Of a stretch of 20,541 nt of DNA, positions 10,133-20,541 are shown in pieces. The stretch is taken from NCBI GenBank assembly GCA_964035545.1, contig CAXIUT010000235.1, positions 1-20,541 on the forward strand, given 5' to 3'. Numbering within the stretch: the first letter of the stretch is position 1; each line of letters opens with the position of its first letter. The position numbers were made by a program, and so were the translations under genes. The notes under the pieces were generated by a model that had not been told where the DNA came from, searched no databases, and saw nothing but the letters and a program-made list of their open reading frames with translations. Origin of the DNA: Bugula neritina. Taxonomy: Eukaryota; Animalia; Bryozoa.

Positions 10133-12177
10133 ATGGGACCAATGCAAACTTGCATGGATTGTATGGGAAAAGGAGGAAATCAAAATGGTCTCTATAGCTT
10201 CTAAAGCTATAAAAAAGTACCTTTCTTCGGATCCATTGGAAACTATCTTAAAATGTTTAACGGAGGTGGATCCCAAAAATCAGGTTTTTTAAATAACATT
10301 GGTTCAATGATCGGAGGAGGCGGTGGTTTTGGAGGAATTTTACCTCAAGGTGGGGGTTCTTTTCCTCCTGGACCTGGTGGCATGTTTGGAATGTTATCAA
10401 ATCTACTACCAGCTGGAGTTGCAGATGCAGCTAACTCATCAGTTTTCGATATGGTCGGTAAAGAAACATATGTCCGTAAAATAAAGAAATCTAACTATCC
10501 TTAGATTGTAAAAAAATTAGCTGAAACAAATGAAAAATTCACTGATGAAGATTTTCCTCCCAATAAAACATCTCTTGGCAACCTTAGAGAACATGGAACT
10601 GATCCTTAATCAATTCAATGGAAAAGAATACATGATATACTTCCTAATCCAGTTTTTATCAAAGATAGAGTAGAACCAGCAGATATTCTTCAAGGACAAT
10701 TAGGAGATTGTTACTTTTTATCAGCTTTAGCATCACTTGCAGAACAAGGATATCGTATAAAGAATTTGTTTCCTTCAGTTTAAATGAGCAAAAATGGAAT
10801 TTATATGGCTAGAATTCTGTTTAATGGATAATATCAGTAAGTTGTTGTTGATGACTATTTTCCAGTAAATCGATCTGGTAAAGTAGCTTTTGCACAACCA
10901 GCTAATAACTAAGAAATATGGGTTTTAGTATTGGAAAAATGTTGGGCAAAACTCTATGGATCATATGCTTAAATTATAGGAGGACTACCTAATTAAGTTT
11001 TACATGCCTTCTGTTCAGCTCCTGTTTATTTCCATCGAATTCCTTAATCTCCATAAAAAACAATAACTACTATGGAATCGAATGCTTGCAGGCTATCAAA
11101 AGGATATCTTCAGGACTGTGGAACTAGAAACAGTTCAGATATTTAACAAAAAGGATTCGTTAAAGGTCATGCTTATACCATAGTAATTTTCTATTTATTC
11201 AGTTGGGTGTTTATAATAAACCTGTAAAATTAGTAAAATTAAGAAATCCTTGGGGACATAAATAATGGAAAGGAAGAGCCAGTGATTATGATACAGATTT
11301 TTGGAATCAAGTAAGTGCAACTGATAAACAGCTTCTTTAATATTAAGATTCTACCAGAAAAACTTAAAAGATGGAGTCTTCTTCGTCCTTTGGTAAGATT
11401 TTCTTATTTACTTTCAACTAGTTGACATCTGTAAAATCAATGATAATGCTCATTATAACTTTGTCCCATCCTAGTTTTAACATTTAGCTCCTAAGTTGTT
11501 TCAAATATAAGTTAGAGGGGATTAAAGTGCCCCTATGACTCTTGCCGTTACTCAATCCAGCAAAAGAGGAACTTCTAAAAAATCTTATTCCAGAAATTTT
11601 GCAGCTTTAGGAAAATGGGATTAAAATAGTTCATCGTATCATTATGTTAAATCAATATCAGGCAGATCTTTTCCAGATAATTTTATTTAAGTATAAAAAG
11701 CAGATCCAGGAAAATATTTATTGTATACAAAGTATTTCTGGTCAGGTAGTAGCAAAGGAACAGCAGTTGTCAATAGTTATTCAGATAATCCAGCTGAAAT
11801 CAAATAATTTACTGACATAGCTCCTTAAGAATTTTTGAGACAAATATTTTATGATCATGCAAAGAAAAATCCAAAAAAGAAAAATTTACCTAACTCTCCT
11901 GATTGGGTCTGCTCTGACATCTTACTAAATTAAGGAGGATTTTCATACTTTGTCAGCAAATCATTGATAAAAATTCTAATAACAAATTTGGAGTTACTCT
12001 TCAAGAATCATAGTATAATTAAAAAAGATTAGTCTTGCAACCTCCTTATAAAGGTTCTTCAACTGTAAAATAATAAGTTGGACCTGGAAAACCTCTTATC
12101 ATAGTCGCCTAAATTCAAGCTTAAAACTTCCAAATTCCATAAGTAATCCAACACCAACAGTAGTTCCTATCCAATGA
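10133..12177 (+). CDS. Calpain-family (C2, CysPc) cysteine protease with Gly-rich N-terminus
   Basis: FTDEDFPP, DILQGQLGDCYFLSAL (Cys), VVVDDYFP, EIWVLVLEKCWAKLYGSY, GHAYT (His), LRNPWGHK[TAA=E]WKG (Asn), DGVFF...DF. 20-nt intron at 11183-11202; frameshifts near 11365, 11960 and 12145; 3' end approximate. Confidence 0.92.
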
Positions 12178-12258
12178 TTTATTATTTTTTATATCATAGT
12201 TTAATATTATATTTTCCCTCGTCGATTAATTTTAAATTATAAACTATAAAAACAAGCA

Positions 12259-13195
12259 ATGTAACTCATCACTAGATGCCAAAAAATAATAGACATCTAA
12301 AAAATGAGATATCATAAAAAAAGGATTATTCAATTCCTTTTTAGCTATCATACTTCTATTCACTCTGGTGTGGGGAGGAAGATAACTCGGATCATCACTA
12401 TGGCCATAAAATATATCTAATGAAGCATATTTCTTCTTTTCTGGTTAAATAACTATCCATTTGATAGCACAATTATTCAGTTTCCTAATATTTGTCCCAG
12501 GCTATTTCAACTTGAGTTCTTACTACGAACGGTTCAAAATCAACAATCGATCAAAATGGCCTTGGCAACGTAGTAACTGGAATTTCACATTATAAAAAAC
12601 AATTTATAACCCTACTCATGAACTAAATGTTTCTCTATCCTCTCATTGTCTATTCTTCAACCCTTCTAGGAATCAAACAAAAATTTACAGGCTTTCCATC
12701 TTTACAAGAACTATCAACTCATCTATTAATCATATACTTTCTTTAAGATTTATTTTTCTACTGGGTTCATCGTCTATTCCATACCTATAAATTTCTTTAC
12801 AAGTACCATAAAGTGCATCATTAATACGATAAAATATTTACATTTGCAACAGAATACTTCCATCCAGTAGATCTCATCTTTGGCAATGTGGTAAATCTTA
12901 TTTTATATAGATTCCCTCAGCTTTGGCCATATTCACGCTTGGAAATAAACTTCATTGCTTCACTTACTTCTTCTGGGTTGCTTGGAAAGTTATGCTAGGC
13001 AATTAAGGACATGCAGGCTATGAGTTGCCATGGAGTCCATTGAGAATCCTCCCTCTAATTAGTGGACCTTCTTTCATGATCACCATCATAGCGTCAATAT
13101 AGGGCAATTATGCTGGAAGTTGTTATCTATGGGATATTATTTTTGGCACAAGTGACTTATATTTTAATGATTTTCTTAAAATAAAAAAGAAATGA
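12259..13195 (+). CDS. Fatty-acid hydroxylase/sterol desaturase superfamily, ERG25/MSMO1-like, copy A
   Basis: EDLFFYWVHRLFH, HKVHHEY, EYFHPVD, EGHAGYELPWSP, HDHHH, GNY...WDIIFGT. Intron at 12891-12910; about 3 indels in homopolymers. Confidence 0.88.
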
Positions 13196-13226
13196 TTTGA
13201 TGAACTTTATTATTAAATATTTTGAT

Positions 13227-14178
13227 ATGACAAAAATAAACTCTCCCCAAGGATTTATTTTGGATAAATGCTCAAAGATTATTCAAATATAAAAAAGAAG
13301 ATACCGAAATAAAGGACTTCTATCATCTTTTATTGGGTTTTTTTCTTTTGATTGGCATTGTATGGATTAGTCAAGTTATGGGAGAATCAGTATGGCCTTC
13401 TTAAATTAAAAATAAAACACAATTTCTAATTCTTGGAGTTACCTTAGTTCATTTTTTAACTCAATTTTTAAGTTTTTTAATTTACCTTCCTGGATATCTA
13501 GATATATTTCAAAGCTACTAAAAATATAAAATAAATAAATCATCTCCTTGGCCTGGTAACAAAATAATTGGAATAAATATCTTCTTAAACTTATGATAAA
13601 TATTCTTGTCAATCAACTTGTAATAATACCTGTCATACTATTTGTAACAACATTTAAAGTAAGACAAAGATTTGATGATTTTCCTTCCTTTTAGTAGATT
13701 TTTTCACAACTATTTATCGTTTATTTCATTGAAGATTTCTTTTTTATTGGGGACATCGATTATTTCACACCTATCCAACTCTCTATAAAATGCATAAGGT
13801 ACATCATTAATTTGCAAAAATATTTACCTTTGTAACCTAATATTTCCATCCTTTCGATTTCGGTGTTGCTAATGTGGTAAATATTTCATCATTTAGACTC
13901 CTTCAGGATTAGCATTTATTATTTTGGGATCTAAAGCTCACTGTTTTACTTATTTCTTTTGGGTATTTTGGAAAGTAATGCTCAGTACAGAAGGACATTC
14001 AGGATATTAATTTCCTTGGAGTCCCTTCAGAATATTCCCTTTCATAACAGGATCTTCCTTCCATGACCATCATCATAGCCATAATGTTGGTAACTATGCT
14101 GGAAGTTGTTATTTTTGGGATCTATTGCTAGGAACTGGTGAAGTATACTTTAAGTAATTTCTCAAATAAATAAAATGA
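13227..14178 (+). CDS. Fatty-acid hydroxylase/sterol desaturase superfamily, ERG25/MSMO1-like, copy B
   Basis: EDFFFYWGHRLFH, HKVHHEF, EYFHPFD, EGHSGYEFPWSP, FHDHHH, GNY...WDLLLGT. Intron at 13877-13896 in the same position as in copy A; some indels. Confidence 0.88.
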
Positions 14179-14246
14179 TATTTGTTAAAACCTATGTTCT
14201 ATATTTATTAAAACTAATATAATAATATCGAGTATCATTCATTATC

Positions 14247-15498
14247 TCAATCATTAATAAACCCATTAATTTCTAATTCTTCAAAATTTTATTCTTCCTT
14301 AAGCATTCTTAATTCCTAATCGTTTAGCAACATTTCTTAAGACGATATTTATCTCATTTTATTTCCTATATTCTATTATATCTCCTAAATCTACTTCTCG
14401 TATTTCTGATTCATATTAGCCATCTTATCCAAAACCTTATTCTTTAACTACTGCAAATCCTATATCTATTTCTTCAATTCATTTATCCTATCTTCTTTTG
14501 TCATCTCTTTCACATCTTTTCGATATTATTACATCCTATTTATTCTTGCTTTATTGTTCAAACTGATTATTCTGATCTATTCTCCAAGATATTGATATTT
14601 TACTCATATCTTCTAAAAAGCTATTAAGTTACTCTTTCTTCTTTAACTTCATTTTTATTTTATAATTTTGTTTATCTTTATTAGTAACTTATTTTTTTAG
14701 ATAATTGCTGGGTCTTTGATTTAGCTCCATTGCATTTAAGAGTATTTCCATTAATATTCATCAAATTTTGTCTAACATTATTTTATGCCTCTTTCATAAA
14801 ATACTGATGTATATCAAATACATTTTTATTTCTCACCAATTTTATCATCTCGTCTTTATATTTCTTCTTCAGTAAATTTTATTTTGACTCGAATTGATTT
14901 ATTACCCTGTTTTGTTCATTTACTTTCTATTTATACCATAAAAGTTGTCGCTAGATCTCATTTATCTTACCTTGCATCTTCTAAATACCAATATTATTAT
15001 TATGAAATGTATTCTGAAAATATGTTCTATGATTAACTTTATACTGTGACTTTTCTCTACTCTTCAGTATTTTATTTATTCTTCCTCAAAAATATACTCC
15101 TATTATTGATCCTTTTCTTTTTTAACTTTGATTGACTTGATGAATTCAGAGTATTTCTCTGTTCTTCTTCAACTTTCACTGCAATATACTTTTTTAGAAT
15201 TATCTAGATTGATTAAGCAACTCCCAAAGGAATTTTAACATCATTTTATTTCTCTTCCTTTTTGGTTTGTCTATAAGAATCAACTGCTTTAATTTTTTTA
15301 TCATTACTAGCCTTATATTTTTCATTATCAATGATTTTGATGGCTTCATAGCACTTACCCAAGATAATTTGTTATTTTTTGAGAATGAGTTTGTAAAAAA
15401 TCATGGTCACGTTAATGAGAATAATGAATAGTTGGAGAATAATTTTTAGATGAAGTCAAACTTAGATTGACTATTTTAGCTTTTTTTATCATCTTCAT
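14247..15498 (-). CDS. Hypothetical K/E-rich coiled-coil protein (boundaries approximate)
   Basis: Purine-rich minus strand with long K/E-rich open stretches from ATG15498; frame breaks prevent a full model. Confidence 0.5.
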
Positions 15499-15725
15499 AG
15501 AATAGAAGTATTATTATTCTTCTTTTATTATTATTACAATTATAAAATAGAAATATACCAAAAATCCAACTTAACATAATTGTATTTTTACTAGATCAAA
15601 ATAGCTTAATTTGATTGATAACTTTGAATATTAATTAACCTTGAAATACTTAATATTAAAGATATTTTGAATATATAAAGTTCTACCTATGATTTGTAAT
15701 ATTATACTACAATAAGATTTGTTAG

Positions 15726-16422
15726 ATGCTGTGCTAATACAGAAACTTCAAATACACTGATTAAAAAGAACCAGATTTCAATCAAATGGATCTCTACTTC
15801 TATAAATAAAATACAGCCAGTGTAGGAGTCAAAGCAAGATTCAACAATAAAAACAAAAACGATCCTTCTGGAACATTAATTCACTTTAATTCAAATATCT
15901 CAAAAAATTATGGAGATATCAAACTTGGGCAATACAGTTCTGGAAAATTGGAAAAAAATTGTCACTGATACTAACTTTAAAATACATACTCCAAACTATA
16001 TCGCCAGCCATCCTTAAGAATTTGGAAATGGATCTCTTGAAGACATGATAAAAAATTAAAGAAAAGCAATCGCTCAATCTATCATAAAAACTCTCAAAGC
16101 AGCTCATATCAAAGACAAACATTTTAAAAGAAATTTAGATTTAGCAAGATGGAGGGATAGAGATGACGATTTAGCTTAAATTTTTATGATTTAAAAGCAA
16201 AGATGGAAAGTTTAAGGAGGATAAGAAGGACTTGTAAAAGTAACTCGACTTTTTGGCAAACCTAAAGAACATGATCACAAGATATTCAGAACTTTAAACA
16301 GATAAACAGTAAATGATCCTGAACTGCTAATAAAGATGCTAAAATAAAAAGGAGTTGAGCCTAAAAACAATGTGAGCTATCCATCTTTAATTGAAAAAGT
16401 CTATTATAAAGGCTTATAATGA
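15726..16422 (+). CDS. Hypothetical protein (start uncertain; frameshift near 15955)
   Basis: Open stretches MLCEYRNFKYTDEKEPDFNQMDLYFY... and ...HTPNYIASHPEEFGNGSLEDM...LARWRDRDDDL...VYYKGLE* ending at TGA16422. Confidence 0.6.
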
Positions 16423-16436
16423 TAAAAAAATATTTA

Positions 16437-17947
16437 TCATAATAAATTTGAAATATCTTTACCTAATTTTGAAAATCTGCTTTGTTTAAGTTTTTATACT
16501 TTTGAAGTTTTCGATATGCGAGATTTAGATAGTTTACTTTTTCTAATTCCATCATCTTCAACAGAATTAATATTAATATTAGCTCCAAACTCCATAGTTA
16601 AACAACTATCTTTAATCAAACTATTCCTCATATTTCTCATTGCTTGTGAAGTAATTGATTGATCAAGATGATTTAGAGTAGAATAAGATGAACAAAGACT
16701 ATCCATATTTTTAATTTATAAAGGGTTGCCTATTTTTCTAAGATGCAGATTTATAGTGCATTATTACTCTGGAATTTCATCAGCATCGTCTTCCTCATTT
16801 TTGAAATATGGTTACTTCAATGCCTATTCTGGAGTTATCCTCTTTGAAGGGTTTGTTTCAATCATTTTAAGTAATAACTTAGATTCTAAATATTGGGTAT
16901 TTTTACAATTCTATGATAACTTTTGCAATGAAGATTTAGTATAATAGCATTTTCTATTGTTAGACATAACTTCTTTACCACTTTTACCTGCAAGAGATAA
17001 CGTCCTGTTAGCCTAAATAATCAATAAAAATACATTTTATAGAAGATACAGCCTAAACTAAACATATCAGAAGCACATTTTGTTTCTTTTTCTTATCAGT
17101 TAAGTTAGCAATTTAAGGAGCAATAAAACCAGGTGTCCCACATCTTAAATATATATACTACTTAGCATCAGCAAAAGTTGCTAATCCAAAGTCAATTATC
17201 ACACATTGTTCTTCATTGTTTTATTTTTTTCTAATCATTATATTCTAAGGTTTAAGATCTCTGTGAATAATATTTTTTTATTTCATCTATTTCAATGCAA
17301 GTAATAATTGCTTCATATACTATTTTTGATTTTTAATCAACATTTTATGACCTATTTTATCTTTTAATGTATCTCCTAAAAGCTCCATCTTTAAATAAAA
17401 AGCCTTTTAAGTCTCAAATATATACTAATAAGGAATTATATAAGGACTATTCAATGCTTTTATTGCTTATACTTCACTATAAAATGATTCTTTTAACTTC
17501 TAAGTCTCTAAAAAACCTTTCTTTTCAAAACTTTTCATAGCAAATCTATCTCCATAACTAGTGATAACTTGATAAACAGCTGCAAAGGCTCCTTCTCCAA
17601 TTTTCTTAAATTAAGTAACAATTTCTTGTAAACCTTTAATAATAGAATATCTTCCCATAGTTTCAAAGATAGTTATTAATTTTTATTTTTCTTCAATTAC
17701 GATGTCAAGAAAATTTAAATCATCAGTGATTCTAAGTATAAATGTTTATTATTTCTGTTTGACTTAAGCCTTGATTATTTGAATATTAAGAGTTTTTGTA
17801 GAGTTCAAATACCTTTTTATGGATCTTGTTGTTTTTACTATATAAGATCATATTTACCTTTACCTCAAATACATCTTTACTTGTGATCATTATGAGACGA
17901 TTTTCTTTACGATGAGCCTTAAATATTAAACTTTTTCCTTTGTCCAT
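16437..17947 (-). CDS. Ser/Thr protein kinase (CAMK-like, ciliate type) with N-terminal extension
   Basis: IGEGAFAAVY, FAMK, HRDLKP[TAG=E]N, IIDFGLA, CGTPGFIAP[TAA=E], DMFSLGCIFY. Introns at 17838-17857 and 17013-17033; some indels. Confidence 0.92.
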
Positions 17948-18182
17948 ATTGATCGATTCTTTCTATTATGAAGAAGAAAAAAAAATATTTCTATAGAAGA
18001 TTAAAAATCTAAAATAATTGAAAATAGAGTCACAAAATAAAAATCAATCATTATTTATTAGTTAAAAAAATAATTTTAAACTGATTTTTATCCTTATTCA
18101 ATTACATACAATTTTTTATATTTTTAATCAATAAAACCTCTTGGAATTTTATATTTAGATACGAAGAAATTAAAGCTTGATC

Positions 18183-18760
18183 ATGAGCAAATAGTTATAT
18201 CAATTCAGTTAAAAAATCAATACAGCTGAAACAGAAAGTTAAATAACAAAAATAAAAAGAGTAAATAAAATATTTCAAAGACTTCTAGTGACATTTTATA
18301 AGATATGTAAATACAAACAAAACAAAGTTTAAAGATCAATTTAGATGAAGAGAAACAGCTACTAATAGCAAAATAAATCCTCCAAACAAAAACAGTATAA
18401 ATCCATAGAAGGCAAACCTTTGTCCCCCAGCTATACACTTCCCAAAAAATCCACAATGATGATCAAGATCTCTCACACAAACTTCGCATTCCATACAATG
18501 ACTCATTTCACTAATATTTCTACTACATTTCTCACAATATTTAAAACTGCTAACTCCTTCTTATTTCAAATGTTACTCACTAACAATTCCAGGATTCATA
18601 CATATAGTCAAGAAGTAAAAGAAATTTATAAACAAAAGTACTAAAATATCCAAATTTACCATAAGTTTACCAAAATCATCTTTAGTATCCTTTGTAGAAA
18701 AGTATGATAAAATAATTACCAGGATGAAGATGATATTGATGAAGACAACACAAGGTACTG
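18183..18760 (+). CDS. Hypothetical protein (3' end and frame uncertain)
   Basis: Long open frame from ATG18183 under table 30, between AT-rich spacers; no recognisable motif. Confidence 0.4.
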
Positions 18761-18996
18761 AATTACTGTAAGTGTCATGAATGAGAAGAAAAGGTATACC
18801 TTTGCCTGAATAACATACTGGGAGAATAGTGTTTTAACCGGTAGTAATAATTCTGAGAGGGTTTTTATTAAATAGTATCGTTCATTTAAACATTATTTTA
18901 TTTTTATTGATTAAATTGAAAATTATTTGAAAAAAGTAACAGAAATTTTGATAAATAATTGATAATGATTAAATTTCTGAATTTAACTTAGAGCTA

Positions 18997-19474
18997 TCAA
19001 GCTTTGTCATCATCATAGCTCCAAAGGAAAGCTTTTGGACCTCTACCTGCAGCTCTTTTAACAAATTCAGCATCATTGAAAGGCTTGACTTTCTTCGTAG
19101 AACTACTCATCATTGATAAAGTTGATAGGCAAATCGAACTTACAGTCAAGGCTGGCGACCACTCAGAATAAGAGATAAAATACAATCGTAAAGTATGGAA
19201 AGACAGATAAATCCATTCGAATAGATATGTTCATGGACTGGGACATGACCAATGAAGATCACTTCAGGCGATTATATCGGCTTTATTGAGAATGAGATAC
19301 ATAGTCATTGTTAAAACGAAGTTGAAGAGTGAATTTCTATCCTTAATAGATAGTTCCCTTGGCACCATTAAAATTAACATGCCACAGAGTGAGGTCATTG
19401 TTAGGTAGGCTGACCTTCATGTCCTGTGTATTTTTTTGGATGGCTTCGAACTCCTTCTGGAGTCTTTTACTCAT
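18997..19474 (-). CDS. UBE2W: Ubiquitin-conjugating enzyme E2 W
   Basis: MSKRLQKE...GTIYEGEKFTLQLRF..DYPIESPEVIF...[33 protein letters not shown]...W.YDDD. The HIYSNG motif and C-terminal WxxxDD are UBE2W hallmarks. Introns at 19281-19300 and 19164-19183. Confidence 0.9.
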
Positions 19475-19625
19475 GCGTCCTGCCAATAGTAACTCTTAAT
19501 TCTTATATTATTCAAAGTTATCATAAGCTATATCTCTTATATTCCCTTCTCAAATAAAAATTTAAGATATTTTATGATATCTATATCATTTTATCTACAT
19601 AAAATCTAAAACTTTTCATAAATGA

Positions 19626-20352
19626 TCACAACTATGTCGATTAGTTTATTCGAGATAAGCCATTTATACTAGCAATACCCTCGCTACCTTTTTTTAACTT
19701 CTTTTCATGTTCAATAGTATTTGAAAGTTCTTCTTTAATCTTTCTTTCTTTTTACATCAATTTCTTTATATTATGAACAGTTTGATCAAATAATTTGTTT
19801 TTTATTTAGACATCTTTTTTCTTAGTCTATTGAATGTAAGATACTCTTTAGTCCCAATATTTTTTTATATTTTATTTACTGCTCACTTACATCATTTTTA
19901 CCAACTTTTTGCTTCTTTTTTTCAATTACAATTCAGTATTTTTACTATTTTGGATTTTTTAATGATTAATTTCCCTTTCTTTTTTCATCTAATTATGCCA
20001 AATTCTTCTATTACTCTTTATCTCCTCTTGCTTAGAATGAATACTTTGATTAAGGTCTTGACTCATCTGTCGAATATGATGATTTTTACTTTTTTATGAA
20101 GGTTTACTCATCTCAAATTACTTCTTTATCTAAAATTTATTCAATATTACTTCTTTTTCTTGAGGATTCTTTTATATTTTTGACTAAATAATCTTTTTCT
20201 AATTCGGCATTTTGTTTTAGATATGTTTTAATTTTTTTTCTTTTTAAACAATAAGCACATTTTATTCTATTAGATAACTCCTTCTACTTTCTTAAAGTAT
20301 AACGCAACTTACGTTACAGTTAGTGTTCAGAGGGATGCCTTTAAATTTACAT
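19626..20352 (-). CDS. Hypothetical K/E/R-rich coiled-coil protein (frame breaks)
   Basis: MEIERHPSEHELERKLRY... and C-terminal ...RKIKEELSNTIEHEKKLKKG...STEL*; internal frames not fully resolved. Confidence 0.45.
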
Positions 20353-20444
20353 GAACTTGCTATTATCGATTAATAGAATTATCTATATCGAAATCAATAA
20401 GATGAACAGATAATTATAAATGAAATATTAACTTAGATATATGA

Positions 20445-20541
20445 GGGGTTGGGGTTGGGGTTGGGGTTGGGGTTGGGGTTGGGGTTGGGGTTGGGGTTGG
20501 GGTTGGGGTTGGGGGGTTGGGGTTGGGGGGTTGGGGTTGGG
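20445..20541. repeat. Right telomere, (GGGGTT)n
   Basis: About 16 GGGGTT units at the sequence end, two with longer G runs. Confidence 0.98.

Noticed and set aside
9339-20099. ORF-track entries 9339-9563, 10038-10292, 10085-10276, 15919-16122, 16726-16944, 18217-18456 and 19830-20099
   Set aside because: Antisense or off-frame to better-supported genes under table 30.
7065-20444. Euplotes-style programmed ribosomal frameshifting or TGA recoding (Sec/Trp/Cys)
   Set aside because: Shifts are both +1 and -1, lie in homopolymers, mostly lack an adjacent stop and are confined to one side of the internal telomere. No in-frame TGA occupies a conserved residue, so sequencing error is the simpler explanation.
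1-20541. Standard ciliate code (UAR=Gln) or split code (UAA=Lys, UAG=Glu)
   Set aside because: TAA falls at invariant Glu positions (APE, WGE, CEVC, EKP, EExxFR) and TAG at HRDLKPEN, while conserved Gln residues use CAA.
20505-20541. G5/G6 variants in the right telomere as mixed telomerase repeats
   Set aside because: Homopolymer-length noise at a read end; the other tracts are uniform.

Overview
AT-rich ciliate macronuclear DNA with (CCCCAA)n at the left end, (GGGGTT)n at the right end and a third GGGGTT tract inside (6989-7064). The supplied ORF track is misleading because TAA and TAG are sense codons. Conserved motifs in six unrelated proteins show that both encode Glu, not Gln, with TGA the only stop. 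This is the peritrich nuclear code (NCBI table 30). Read that way, the window is densely packed with about 16 protein genes interrupted by tiny 20-21 nt GT-AG introns. Recognisable products are the CAAX protease RCE1, cathepsin L, LUC7, a Maf/ASMTL-type pyrophosphatase (plus a decayed copy), a calpain, two tandem ERG25-like hydroxylases, a Ser/Thr kinase and UBE2W; the rest are hypothetical. A U1 snRNA gene is also present. A tandemly duplicated Maf + orphan-gene cassette straddles the internal telomere. Genes left of that telomere are essentially clean, while genes to its right carry many homopolymer frameshifts. This suggests a 7-kb and a 20-kb version of one locus (alternative fragmentation), or a join of molecules with different coverage. 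All translations and alignments were done by eye, with no database searches.
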